Part shown: piece after piece, positions 1-9,000 of the stretch
How positions within the stretch are numbered: position 1 is the stretch's first letter
Layout: every line of letters begins with the position of its first letter
From: a virus
Lineage: Duplodnaviria > Caudoviricetes
Virus record (IMG/VR): IMGVR_UViG_3300032285_001531
DNA length: 64,000 bases
Direction: 5' to 3' (one strand)
Position numbers and translations under genes: made by a program
The notes under the pieces: model-generated
Database searches by the model: none
Seen by the model: only the letters and a program-made list of their open reading frames with translations
What the model was told of the DNA's origin: nothing

Positions 1-459
1 ATTGAATAACACACCTAATTGTTCTAATAACTCTAATTTCTGATTATAGTTTGTTGTCCAAAAATCAACTGTGATACGCAATGTATACGGAACAGGCATG
101 ATACGTTCAACTGTGAATGCATCGCCTTGTGTGGTTTCAAATTGTTGAGTGTCTACATTAAATGTTCTACGTCTTACTGCTAGATTATCTACAAAATATG
201 GTTCTTGTGTTCTGCTTTGATCATATTCTAAACCTGAGATATAATACGTAATCATAGGTGCGCTAGGTAAACTACTAGGACTGTTATTGCCTATGACTGT
301 AGATACCATTCTGCTTTGATCACCATACTGAATAGGTACACGCACTAATATATCATTGCCCGCTGGATCTTTGCCTTTGGTTACATACCAATTGCTGAAA
401 ATTCTAGCGAACTGAACCAAAAATCTACGTATTTGGTTATCATAAAAAAACTTTGCCAT
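1..459 (-). CDS. gp15: T4 gp15-like tail terminator/sheath stabiliser, N-terminal part (runs off the window edge)
   Basis: Not in the ORF track. Hand translation from ATG at 459: MAKFFYDNQIRRFLVQFARIFSNW...RVPIQYGDQSR...MPVPYTLRITVDFWTTNYNQKLELLEQLGVLFN. The RVPIxYG and PVPY...W...Q.LEQI motifs are gp15-like. SD-like AAGGA lies upstream, and it follows the gp14-like gene. Confidence 0.78.
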   Translation of the reverse strand, partial: MAKFFYDNQIRRFLVQFARIFSNWYVTKGKDPAGNDILVRVPIQYGDQSRMVSTVIGNNSPSSLPSAPMITYYISGLEYDQSRTQEPYFVDNLAVRRRTFNVDTQQFETTQGDAFTVERIMPVPYTLRITVDFWTTNYNQKLELLEQLGVLFN

Positions 460-467
460 TTTATTCC

Positions 468-2105
468 TTAATCAGGTGTAATTCTTAAAATACTTGATAG
501 TGGTTGTTGTTGCGGTATATCACCATTATTTGTTTGTGTAATATTGTTATTATTAATAAAGCCTGACAATTGAGATTGATTAGAACTATCAAAGCCGAAG
601 CCTGTTCTTACGTTCTCACTTATCTTGACCCATAAGCTACCGTCCCATCTAAACAGTTGTTGCGGTAAATAATCAATGCGCAATACATATTGACCTAATG
701 TTGGATTAGGCGGGAATGTAATTGCTGATGTAACTGGCTCACCATTAGGTGCTTGACCAGTACCTACTAAGTATCCATCTAAATAACCGAAACTTTGTGG
801 ACTACTTCTTACAATAAATCTAAATCTAGGATCACAGTCTGCTCTGTAATCCATATCAGGATTAATCAATGTCTTATCAAAGTCAGGTGTACTAGGATCA
901 GCATCACTGAATGCGTATGTATTATCTGAGGTACCGAATGGAACTGTAACAGGACCAAATGCTTTTACTGCAAGAACTAATGTTGGTTCAATTGATCCTG
1001 AACCTGTGTCTGTTCTTTCTAACTCCAACTCAGCAACTTCCATGTTCAATTGAATGAAAGCTTTGATATCTTCTAAATTCAAATCTCTACTTTCTAACTC
1101 TGCTAGTGCTGCTGCAGTGATACGTAATATAGGACTAGGATTAAAGCCTGCTGGTTGTATAACTTCTAATGTACCAGTTACTGGGGCTCCGTTATAAACA
1201 ACTACACTTACAGGGAGTGCAGGTTTGTCACCTTCAGTAGGTAATACATATAATTGACTTCTATCGTAACCTGTTAGAGGTACAAGGCGTGCAGCTTCAG
1301 CTATTGCAGCATCATTGATTTGTATATTCTTATTGTATCTACTGATAATGTCTTTTAAGCTATCTCCCACTTCTAATGTCCAATACTCAGGGTCAGTACA
1401 AGGGATGCCTGCCGGTACATCTTTGATAGGTGTATAAATCTTATCACCGTATGTCACTGTATATCCAGGAACATATGATTTTGTTTTGTCCCAATCACCT
1501 AAGTAGTTATCCTTATTGATTGGTTGCTCTAATATATTACTGAATTCTTGACTATCAACTAATGGCTCACACTTGATTCTCCATAGATGCGGATACCATG
1601 TTTGACTGAACCCTTCACTAGCATAGTTTGAATCAGTTATTTGATAATATCTACGTAATGAAGTTGGTAATTTGTCGTTTAGTGGATGATAGTCGGTCAA
1701 GTGGGGCAACTCTAATACGTCCCCAACCATTAACTTACGACCAATCAAGTCTATCATGTTGTTATAATGAACAGTAATGAATATAATATCGTTGTTTAGG
1801 AACAATCCAAATTGACTTAAATCAAAATCTAAATTCTGTACGTTATAATGACCGCGGATTCTGTAGATATCAGGAGCGTATTTTCTGTCACGATTTTCTA
1901 AGAATAGTAAATCTTGTATATTTAATGGGCTAAGTTCAGTATATTGTGGTTGTGTCAAATCAGTGCTAGGACCTTGATCCTGAGGCCCCAAATACTTGTG
2001 AATATACATGTCGGTTCCACCCACAGTAAACATCTCATAGATTGTTCTATCCATGAATCTATAATCGTTCGTTTTTTCGGGGCGGTATAGTGAAAGTCTT
2101 GGCAT
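468..2105 (-). CDS. gp14: T4 gp14-like neck (head-completion) protein, enlarged
   Basis: 545 aa. N-terminal MPRLSLYR...GGTDMYIHKYLG, NLDFDLSQFGLFL and GDVLELPHL...YYQI...W.PHLWRIKC resemble neck proteins of T4-like jumbo phages. Lies upstream of the gp15-like gene. Confidence 0.65.
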   Translation of the reverse strand: MPRLSLYRPEKTNDYRFMDRTIYEMFTVGGTDMYIHKYLGPQDQGPSTDLTQPQYTELSPLNIQDLLFLENRDRKYAPDIYRIRGHYNVQNLDFDLSQFGLFLNNDIIFITVHYNNMIDLIGRKLMVGDVLELPHLTDYHPLNDKLPTSLRRYYQITDSNYASEGFSQTWYPHLWRIKCEPLVDSQEFSNILEQPINKDNYLGDWDKTKSYVPGYTVTYGDKIYTPIKDVPAGIPCTDPEYWTLEVGDSLKDIISRYNKNIQINDAAIAEAARLVPLTGYDRSQLYVLPTEGDKPALPVSVVVYNGAPVTGTLEVIQPAGFNPSPILRITAAALAELESRDLNLEDIKAFIQLNMEVAELELERTDTGSGSIEPTLVLAVKAFGPVTVPFGTSDNTYAFSDADPSTPDFDKTLINPDMDYRADCDPRFRFIVRSSPQSFGYLDGYLVGTGQAPNGEPVTSAITFPPNPTLGQYVLRIDYLPQQLFRWDGSLWVKISENVRTGFGFDSSNQSQLSGFINNNNITQTNNGDIPQQQPLSSILRITPD

Positions 2106-2109
2106 TGTC

Positions 2110-2140
2110 TTTTCCGTTATTTAAGTATTTAGTCGGAAAA
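2110..2140 (-). promoter_or_regulatory. Late promoter (ACTAAATA) inside a TTTTCCG/CGGAAAA hairpin covering the RBS of the gp14-like gene
   Basis: Minus strand reads TTTTCCG-actaaatacttaaataa-CGGAAAA-gacaATG: a 7-bp stem with the TAAATA motif in the loop. Confidence 0.5.
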
Positions 2141-2169
2141 CTGTTACTACTATGATAACTACCATAAGG

Positions 2170-2198
2170 TTGACAGTAAATACCGTGTCTGTTATACT
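2170..2198 (+). promoter_or_regulatory. Sigma70-type early promoter with extended -10
   Basis: TTGACA (2170-2175), 17-nt spacer ending TGT, TATACT (2193-2198). SD AAGGAG then ATG at 2226. Confidence 0.85.
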
Positions 2199-2225
2199 GA
2201 CATTTCATTAATAAAAGGAGTAACA

Positions 2226-3428
2226 ATGTCCCGCAAGTCGAAACATAATGACGGAGCAATGATTAAAGCACTAAATCCAAAGGATCCTGACACAAAATAT
2301 ACAGGGGAAGAGCCGTTTTTTGCAGTACAACCCGATCCTGAGTTCAGGAACAGCGCACTAGCCCGATCATTTAGTTGGTATACACGATATTATGGTCGTA
2401 AAGAGGGCAAAGAACTTTACATTCAATATTTGGAATTGAATGATAGAAAAGCCGATGCTAAGATTATGGCAAAAGCCCCTGATAGTGAAATTCTCACTAC
2501 ATTGTGTTGGTTAGCACGTATGACATTGCGTGGTCTACAATTAAATGACCATGAAGAACTTACACTACAAAACGAAATCAGTCGTTTATTATTATGTGTA
2601 AGTAAACCAGAAACTATTTTTAAATCAGGACTTACTCCACTAGTAATTGAAGAGGTAGAAGAAGAAAAGAAAGAAAGTACTCGCCCTAATGTACAAGAAA
2701 TTATGCGTGACAAAGCACGTGAAGCAGCAGGTGAGATTGAAGGGTTGTTTGATGATTTTATAGTAGCAGGCGTAAAAGGTTATTTACCAGGAAAGCCTGT
2801 TGATGTACTCAGCAAATACAACATTCTACCGCAGCATATTCCAATCATATTGAGTACTTGGAAAGAACGTTTAGTTGAAATAAGTGATACTATTGAAGGC
2901 AAAGACCCTCAACTAGTTGAAGCTTATAGCAATTTAACTAAAGTTCAATTAAAGAACATGCTCAAATGCATAGACCAAGTTATCAATGATCTTAATAGTT
3001 ATATTAGTGTTAAAAAAGCATCAAAAACTCCACGTAAACGTAAGCCAGTTCCGGTTGAAAAAATTGTTGCTAAACTCAAGTATCTTAAAGAGTTTAAAGA
3101 CGATGCTGCTAAACTTGATTTAGTAAGTATGCATCCAACCAAAATACATGGCGCAAGTGAAGCCTGGGTGTATGATACTGCTAAGCGCAAACTTCATCAC
3201 TATATTGCGGATGAGTACAGCAAAACATTTACAGTTAAGGGCAACAATCTTATAGGATTTGACAATTCACAAAGTGAGGTCAAAACACTGCGTAAACCCG
3301 CAGAGCAGTTGAAAGAAATTATGGGCAGCAAACCTGCAGCACGTAAATTCTTTAAGGACATTAAAGCAACTAGTGTAACACCAAATGGTCGCTTTAATGA
3401 AAACATGATTATTTTAAAGGCATTCTAA
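2226..3428 (+). CDS. Conserved hypothetical protein of T4-like phages
   Basis: 400 aa, strong SD, preceded by a sigma70 promoter. The C-terminal WVYDT..RKL...VKG..L.GFD...S..KTLRKP region is recognisable from uncharacterised T4-like phage proteins. Confidence 0.7.
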   Translation: MSRKSKHNDGAMIKALNPKDPDTKYTGEEPFFAVQPDPEFRNSALARSFSWYTRYYGRKEGKELYIQYLELNDRKADAKIMAKAPDSEILTTLCWLARMTLRGLQLNDHEELTLQNEISRLLLCVSKPETIFKSGLTPLVIEEVEEEKKESTRPNVQEIMRDKAREAAGEIEGLFDDFIVAGVKGYLPGKPVDVLSKYNILPQHIPIILSTWKERLVEISDTIEGKDPQLVEAYSNLTKVQLKNMLKCIDQVINDLNSYISVKKASKTPRKRKPVPVEKIVAKLKYLKEFKDDAAKLDLVSMHPTKIHGASEAWVYDTAKRKLHHYIADEYSKTFTVKGNNLIGFDNSQSEVKTLRKPAEQLKEIMGSKPAARKFFKDIKATSVTPNGRFNENMIILKAF

Positions 3429-3429
3429 T

Positions 3430-3621
3430 ATGATTAAATTTTATACTTGGTTCACCAATAACCGTCACACGATTGGTCTCGTTATAGGCGTATTGAATAT
3501 TATGGCAGGATTAGGTAATTTACTAATCGGCGGATTATTAACTGCGGTACTTCAACTTTCAGCAGGTGCGATAATTTTAGTTGATGCGTGGTTTTTAGGA
3601 CAACGTAATGAAGAACATTGA
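3430..3621 (+). CDS. Small two-helix membrane protein
   Basis: 63 aa with two hydrophobic segments, tightly packed between its neighbours. Confidence 0.65.
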   Translation: MIKFYTWFTNNRHTIGLVIGVLNIMAGLGNLLIGGLLTAVLQLSAGAIILVDAWFLGQRNEEH

Positions 3622-4051
3622 TTTAAACAGATACTCAGACTTTGTGGGTGCTGTCACTAGTATGCCATCAAAAGACCTAACTACTTTTATGAGTACATTA
3701 GACCGTCTAGATGCAAACTATGAATTATTTGATGGCGAAATGAAGCATGGTCCTGACGTAAACTTACCCTTATTAATTACAGCATGTATGGGTCTAGCGG
3801 CAGAAAGCGGAGAATTTATTGAGATTCCTAAGAAGATAATTTTTCAAGGCAAAGCACTAACCGATGAAAACGTGTTTCATATGAAGCGTGAACTCGGTGA
3901 TGTTATGTGGTACTGGATCAATGCTTGTAGGGCGCTTGGTCTAGATCCAAATGATGTTATTGCAGAAAACGTAAAGAAACTAGAATCACGTTATCCTAGT
4001 GGATCATTCGATCCATTCTACTCAGAAAATCGCAAAGAGGGCGATCTATAG
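3608..4051 (+). CDS. mazG: MazG-like nucleoside triphosphate pyrophosphohydrolase
   Basis: GLAAESGEFIEIPKK...KRELGDVMWY...NVKKLESRYP: the ExxE and ELGD motifs of the all-alpha NTP-PPase family. Confidence 0.88.
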   Translation: MKNIDLNRYSDFVGAVTSMPSKDLTTFMSTLDRLDANYELFDGEMKHGPDVNLPLLITACMGLAAESGEFIEIPKKIIFQGKALTDENVFHMKRELGDVMWYWINACRALGLDPNDVIAENVKKLESRYPSGSFDPFYSENRKEGDL

Positions 4052-4054
4052 TAT

Positions 4055-4098
4055 CCATGGTTCTCCGTATAAATAGATTATATGGAGAACACACATGG
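4055..4098 (+). promoter_or_regulatory. T4-type late promoter TATAAATA inside a hairpin sequestering the SD and start codon of the gp13-like gene
   Basis: TATAAATA at 4068-4075. GTTCTCCGTATA (4060-4071) pairs with TATATGGAGAAC (4079-4090); CCATG (4055-4059) pairs with CATGG (4094-4098), which contains the ATG. Confidence 0.8.
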
Positions 4099-4883
4099 CA
4101 TCAGCAATAGCAAATCCAGCACCGTCTGCTTATAATTTAGACCAACTAAAAGAGAATCTGTTTCAAGACTTGCGTTATCGTTTAGGTGACGGAATTGTTG
4201 ATGTAGAATTGGATCCTGTACATTTTGAAGCAGCATATCGCTATGCAGTTAAAATATATCGCCAACGTGCGCAGAACTCTACAGCAGAAAGCTACACATT
4301 GATGGAAATACATGAGCATACTGATACGTATACTCTTCCCGCAGAATTCATCAATGTAAGACAAGTTTTCCGTCGTACTGTTGGTCTTGAAACAGGCCCA
4401 TCATCAAGCAGTTTTGATCCATTCAGTAGTGCAATTCTAAACACATATCTGTTAAACTATAACTATGCAGGAGGTCTTGCAACATATGACTTCTACGCTG
4501 GTTATATTGAATTAGCAGCACGTATGTTTGGTGGCTATGTCATTTATACATTCGATCCTGTAACTAAATTACTACGTTTAGTGCGTGATCCTAAAGCAAG
4601 TGGGGAAAAGATATTGATTTGGGCTGACGTTCAACGACCAGAAGAAGTATTATTACAAGATCCAGGTGCTGGTGTATGGCTGGGTGACTGGACACTCAGT
4701 CAATTAAAATTAACCTTAGGTGAAGCACGTGAAAAGTTTGCTAGTATTGCAGGCCCTGCTGGCGGCACTTCATTGAATGGCTCAGCACTTAAAGCAGAAG
4801 GCAAAGCAATGCAGGATCAATTATTACAAGACCTAAAGAACTTTGTTGATTATAGTCAACCTTATACTTGGGTAATCGGCTAA
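4095..4883 (+). CDS. gp13: T4 gp13-like neck protein
   Basis: 262 aa. RYRLG..IVDVELD..H, and the C-terminal ..GEAREKF..I.GP.GG.SLNG..LK.EG motif typical of gp13. Confidence 0.8.
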   Translation: MASAIANPAPSAYNLDQLKENLFQDLRYRLGDGIVDVELDPVHFEAAYRYAVKIYRQRAQNSTAESYTLMEIHEHTDTYTLPAEFINVRQVFRRTVGLETGPSSSSFDPFSSAILNTYLLNYNYAGGLATYDFYAGYIELAARMFGGYVIYTFDPVTKLLRLVRDPKASGEKILIWADVQRPEEVLLQDPGAGVWLGDWTLSQLKLTLGEAREKFASIAGPAGGTSLNGSALKAEGKAMQDQLLQDLKNFVDYSQPYTWVIG

Positions 4884-4942
4884 CCATAACATTTTTATTC
4901 GTCACTGTTTTGTAATATAATTACAGCATACAAGGAGAACAA

Positions 4943-5572
4943 ATGCTTATCAGCGTTACCGGTTTTATCGGGTCTGGAAAAGACACAGTAGCAAACTATC
5001 TCACTACATTTCATGGTTTCAAAAAAGAATCTTGGGCTGGATCATTAAAAGATGCAGTATCAAATGTCTTTGGTTGGGACAGAGAATTACTTGAAGGCAC
5101 TACCAAATACAGTCGTGAATGGCGAGAACAAGTAGATCCTTGGTGGAGTGAACGTTTAAATATCCCGCATTTAACTCCTAGATGGATACTACAGCAATGG
5201 GGAACAGATGTTTGTCGCAACCATTTTCACACTGATATTTGGGTATCTAGTATTGAAAATAAGTTACGTCAAAGCAAAGATGATATTGTACTCACGGACT
5301 CACGTTTTCCTAACGAGTTAAACACAATCAAAAAACTAGGTGGTATAACAATACGTGTTAATCGTGGTCCTCAACCTGATTGGTATAATGATGCTATTGC
5401 GTCAAATACAGGTCCAAAACATATGACTTGGGCATTGAGTACAGCTAGACTACATAAGCTTGGAATCCACCCTAGTGAATATTCTAGTGTTGGGCTTAAG
5501 TTTGACTATGAGATTGAGAATGATGGAACTATTGATGACCTACATGAGAAGATTAAACAGATAATTGATTAG
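4943..5572 (+). CDS. Deoxynucleoside monophosphate kinase (T4 gp1-like)
   Basis: P-loop GFIGSGKDT, then LKDAV..VFGW, TPRWILQQWGTDVCR and TDSRFPNE. Confidence 0.88.
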   Translation: MLISVTGFIGSGKDTVANYLTTFHGFKKESWAGSLKDAVSNVFGWDRELLEGTTKYSREWREQVDPWWSERLNIPHLTPRWILQQWGTDVCRNHFHTDIWVSSIENKLRQSKDDIVLTDSRFPNELNTIKKLGGITIRVNRGPQPDWYNDAIASNTGPKHMTWALSTARLHKLGIHPSEYSSVGLKFDYEIENDGTIDDLHEKIKQIID

Positions 5573-5913
5573 TCAACTTCAAGGTCTCCCCTTTTCCATA
5601 TAGTTTCTCTACGCTTGACTACTTCAATACAATTCAAACAGATAGTACGTAGATTAAACAACTCGTTATTGTTAAGATTTCCGTCAATATGAAACACACA
5701 TAATTGACTATCATATGACCTAGTAAACCCGCATATATCACATGTGGGTTTTTTCTTGTACCCTAAACTTTTCCACCTAGGCTCTTTGGGCTTGAGTTTT
5801 TTATTCTTGCGATTACAGTCCTCACACCTGCTGCGATAGTGTCTGACTCCGTCTCTATAATAGTTTGCAGCACAATAATTCTTGTTGCAAATCTTGCAAA
5901 TGGGTCTGTTCAT
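5569..5913 (-). CDS. Zinc-binding HNH-like protein
   Basis: 114 aa with CKIC...C, CEDC, CDICG and FHIDGNLNNNELFNLRTICLNC (HNH plus CxxC). GATAAATA lies 5 nt before the ATG. Confidence 0.72.
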   Translation of the reverse strand: MNRPICKICNKNYCAANYYRDGVRHYRSRCEDCNRKNKKLKPKEPRWKSLGYKKKPTCDICGFTRSYDSQLCVFHIDGNLNNNELFNLRTICLNCIEVVKRRETIWKRGDLEVD

Positions 5914-5930
5914 GCTAGTATTTATCGTGG

Positions 5931-5948
5931 CTCTTCGGGAAGAGTTTT
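5931..5948 (+). terminator. Possible intrinsic terminator
   Basis: CTCTT-CGGG-AAGAG followed by TTTT in the intergenic gap. Confidence 0.45.
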
Positions 5949-5973
5949 CATTCCCTCATTTTCTAATTTTTAT

Positions 5974-5981
5974 CATAAATA
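5974..5981 (+). promoter_or_regulatory. Late promoter for the tail sheath gene
   Basis: CATAAATA, a variant of the T4 gp55 consensus, upstream of SD AAAGGA and ATG 6037. Confidence 0.6.
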
Positions 5982-6036
5982 ATAACATACACTAGGGCGT
6001 TAACCCTCACAATCATAACATAAAGGAAAAATTAAA

Positions 6037-9000
6037 ATGGCATTATCATCACCAGGCGTAGAAGTAACGATTATAGATCAAAGCAATTACTTGCCAGCCA
6101 CATCTAATTCTGTACCGCTAATCGTTTTAGCTACAGCTAAGAATAAAGCAAATGCAGCAGGAACAGCAGTTGCATCTGGAACTACTGCAGCGAATGCAGG
6201 AAAAGCATTTATCGTTACAAGTCAAAAAGATATTGTAGCACTATACGGAAACCCATTCTTTTATAAGACAACAAGCGGTACTCCGATCCAAGGATATGAA
6301 CTTAATGAATATGGCTTATTAGCTGCGTATTCATTATTAGAAACAACAAACCGTTGCTACGTACTACGTGCTGATATTGACCTAGCAAGTTTAGTTGGTC
6401 AAATAGGTCGTCCAAAGGGTAACCCAGCGGATGGTACATATTGGTTAGACACAACTACTACTAACTGGGGCATCTATGAATTCAATTCAGTTACTGGTAA
6501 ATTCAGTCTAAAGACTCCAATCGTTATTACTAATAGTGTTGATTTAGCAGGTGGTTATCCACTACAAAGCTTAGGTAATGTAGGTAGCTATGCAGTTAAT
6601 GCAATTGATCCAGTAGTAGTAGATCCATTAAACAACAGCATGTACTTCTTTAAGAATAGTGATAATATTTGGGTACAGTTAGGTGCTAAAGAATGGAAAC
6701 AATCTATTCCTGCAATCGTAGGAACAAATTCTAATCCAACATTAACTGCAGGTCAGACATTTACTATTACAACATACGGTGCTTTAGGAAATTACGCATT
6801 AACAGTAACAGTTCCTTCTTCACCTAATAACACTGTTTCTGGTGTTGCAGCAGCAATTAATAATAGAGGTTTAGGTGACATTCAAGCAAGTATAATTAAT
6901 GGAAAATTAAATATATTCTATTCAGTAGCTTCTGATATTGCATATCAACCTTATTTGGAACTTAGTTCAACTGATACTGTATTAACAGATTTAGGTATGA
7001 CTGCGGGTGTTAAATATTATCCTCCGCAAGTAGTTAATGGCTCAAGCGCACAAATGCCATTATGGACAACTGGACAAAACACCCCACACCCTACTGGTTC
7101 TGTTTGGATTAAATCTTCTATCGTTGGTAATGGCATGAATTTACTATTATCAAAATTTAACACAGCATCGGCTGCGTTTGTGCAAAAACCGGTATCAGTT
7201 TATAGAAATATAAGTAATGCAACAGCTACTATAGACTCAACTGGTGGTAAAAATATCACTGCCGGCACAACAGTAGCAGTGTTTGATTCACCTAGTGAAT
7301 CAAATGAATTTTGCAATAACGTATATTTCTATGAAAGACTTGCTACTGGACCAACAGTAGTTAAAGGTACTGTAAAAAATCCAACATTACCTAACTCAGC
7401 ACAAATTTATGTTTTTGTAAGTACTCCTCGTTTAGGAATAACAACTAATAGTACATTATATACAGTTACATTACCTTCTGCAGGAACTGTGGGAGCAACA
7501 GAATTCTGTACAGCGTGGTCAGCTACTAACATTCCTAACACAACAGCGACAGTTGCTACTGATGGTTCTATTGCATTAACTCATACGTTAGGTGGAGAGA
7601 TTGCAATGTATGTACCATTCGGAAATAATTCATATCAGACAACATTGACTGATGCAGGATTAACCGCGGCAACAAATAGTTCTATAGCTAATTTTGCAAT
7701 TACCAGACAAGAGTTCACTGGTGTATCACAATATAGTACAACAGGTGCAGGATCAGGTGCTGTGTTTAATGTAGTTATTGCTCTCAACAATTATACTGTA
7801 TCTTCAATCGTTTCTGGTGGTAGTGGATACCAAGTAGGTGATAAGATAACATTAGCAGGAGCAAGCTTCGGTGGTGCTACACCAAACAACAACTTTGTAT
7901 TTGAAGTTATGTCAGTTTCAACAGGAAATGCAATTACATCAGTTGCACATGTATCAGGTGGCCTAAATATAGGATACTATAATTTAGTATCTAACTGGAA
8001 GCAAATTACATATGTTGCAAACGAAGGCGCACCGTTTACAAACCCATTAGAAAATACTAATTGGTATTACAGTGCTATTGACCAAGTTGACATTATGATC
8101 AACCAAGGTGGTATTTGGAAAGGTTACAGAGAAGTAAATTACGACTCAAACGGTCATCCAATCACTACAGGAACAAATGCAACTGATCCTAATGGTCCAA
8201 TCATTTCAGCAACAACACCAACTGCACAAAGCGATGGTACAGTTTTAGTGTATGGTGATTTATGGATTGATACAAGTGACTTAGAAAACTATCCATTAAT
8301 CAATCGTTGGCAGTTAGCTGACGGTGTTGATCAATGGGTAAGATTAGATAACACAGATCAAGTAACATCAAATGGTGTCTTGTTTGCTGATGCACGTTGG
8401 GCAGATAACAACGAAACAGATCCAGTAAGCGATCCGTTCCCAACAATCAAGTCATTATTAATAAGTAACTACTTAGATTTAGATGCTCCTTCAGGAGTTG
8501 ATCACCCACAAGGTATGTTACTATGGAACACACGCCGTTCAGGTTACAATGTAAAACAATTCAGAGGCAACTACTTCAACGGTATTAGCTTCCCTGATCA
8601 AACATTGCCTTTCGTAAAGAATGCATGGGTAAGCGTAAGTGGATTAAAGACAGATGGTTCACCATACATGGGTCGTAAAGCACAAAGAGCAATGGTAGTT
8701 AAATCACTAAAATCAGTAATTTCTACTAACATGACTGTTCGTGAAGAAGATAACTATTTCAACATGATTGCTTGCCCAGGTTATCCAGAACTACAACCTG
8801 AAATGGTAGGACTAAACAATGCTAGAAACAACACAGCATATATCATTGGTGACACACCATTCAGATTACCTGATGATGCTACTGCAATTCAAAATTGGGC
8901 TACTAATGCAGCAGGTGCAGCAGCTACAGGCGAAGATGGATTAGTAACACGTAATGAGTACATGGGATTATTCTACCCAAGTGGTATCAGTACTGACTTA

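Noticed and set aside
2059-2259. 66-aa minus-strand ORF across the divergent promoter region
   Set aside because: It overlaps both flanking genes and the promoters, and has no RBS or motif.
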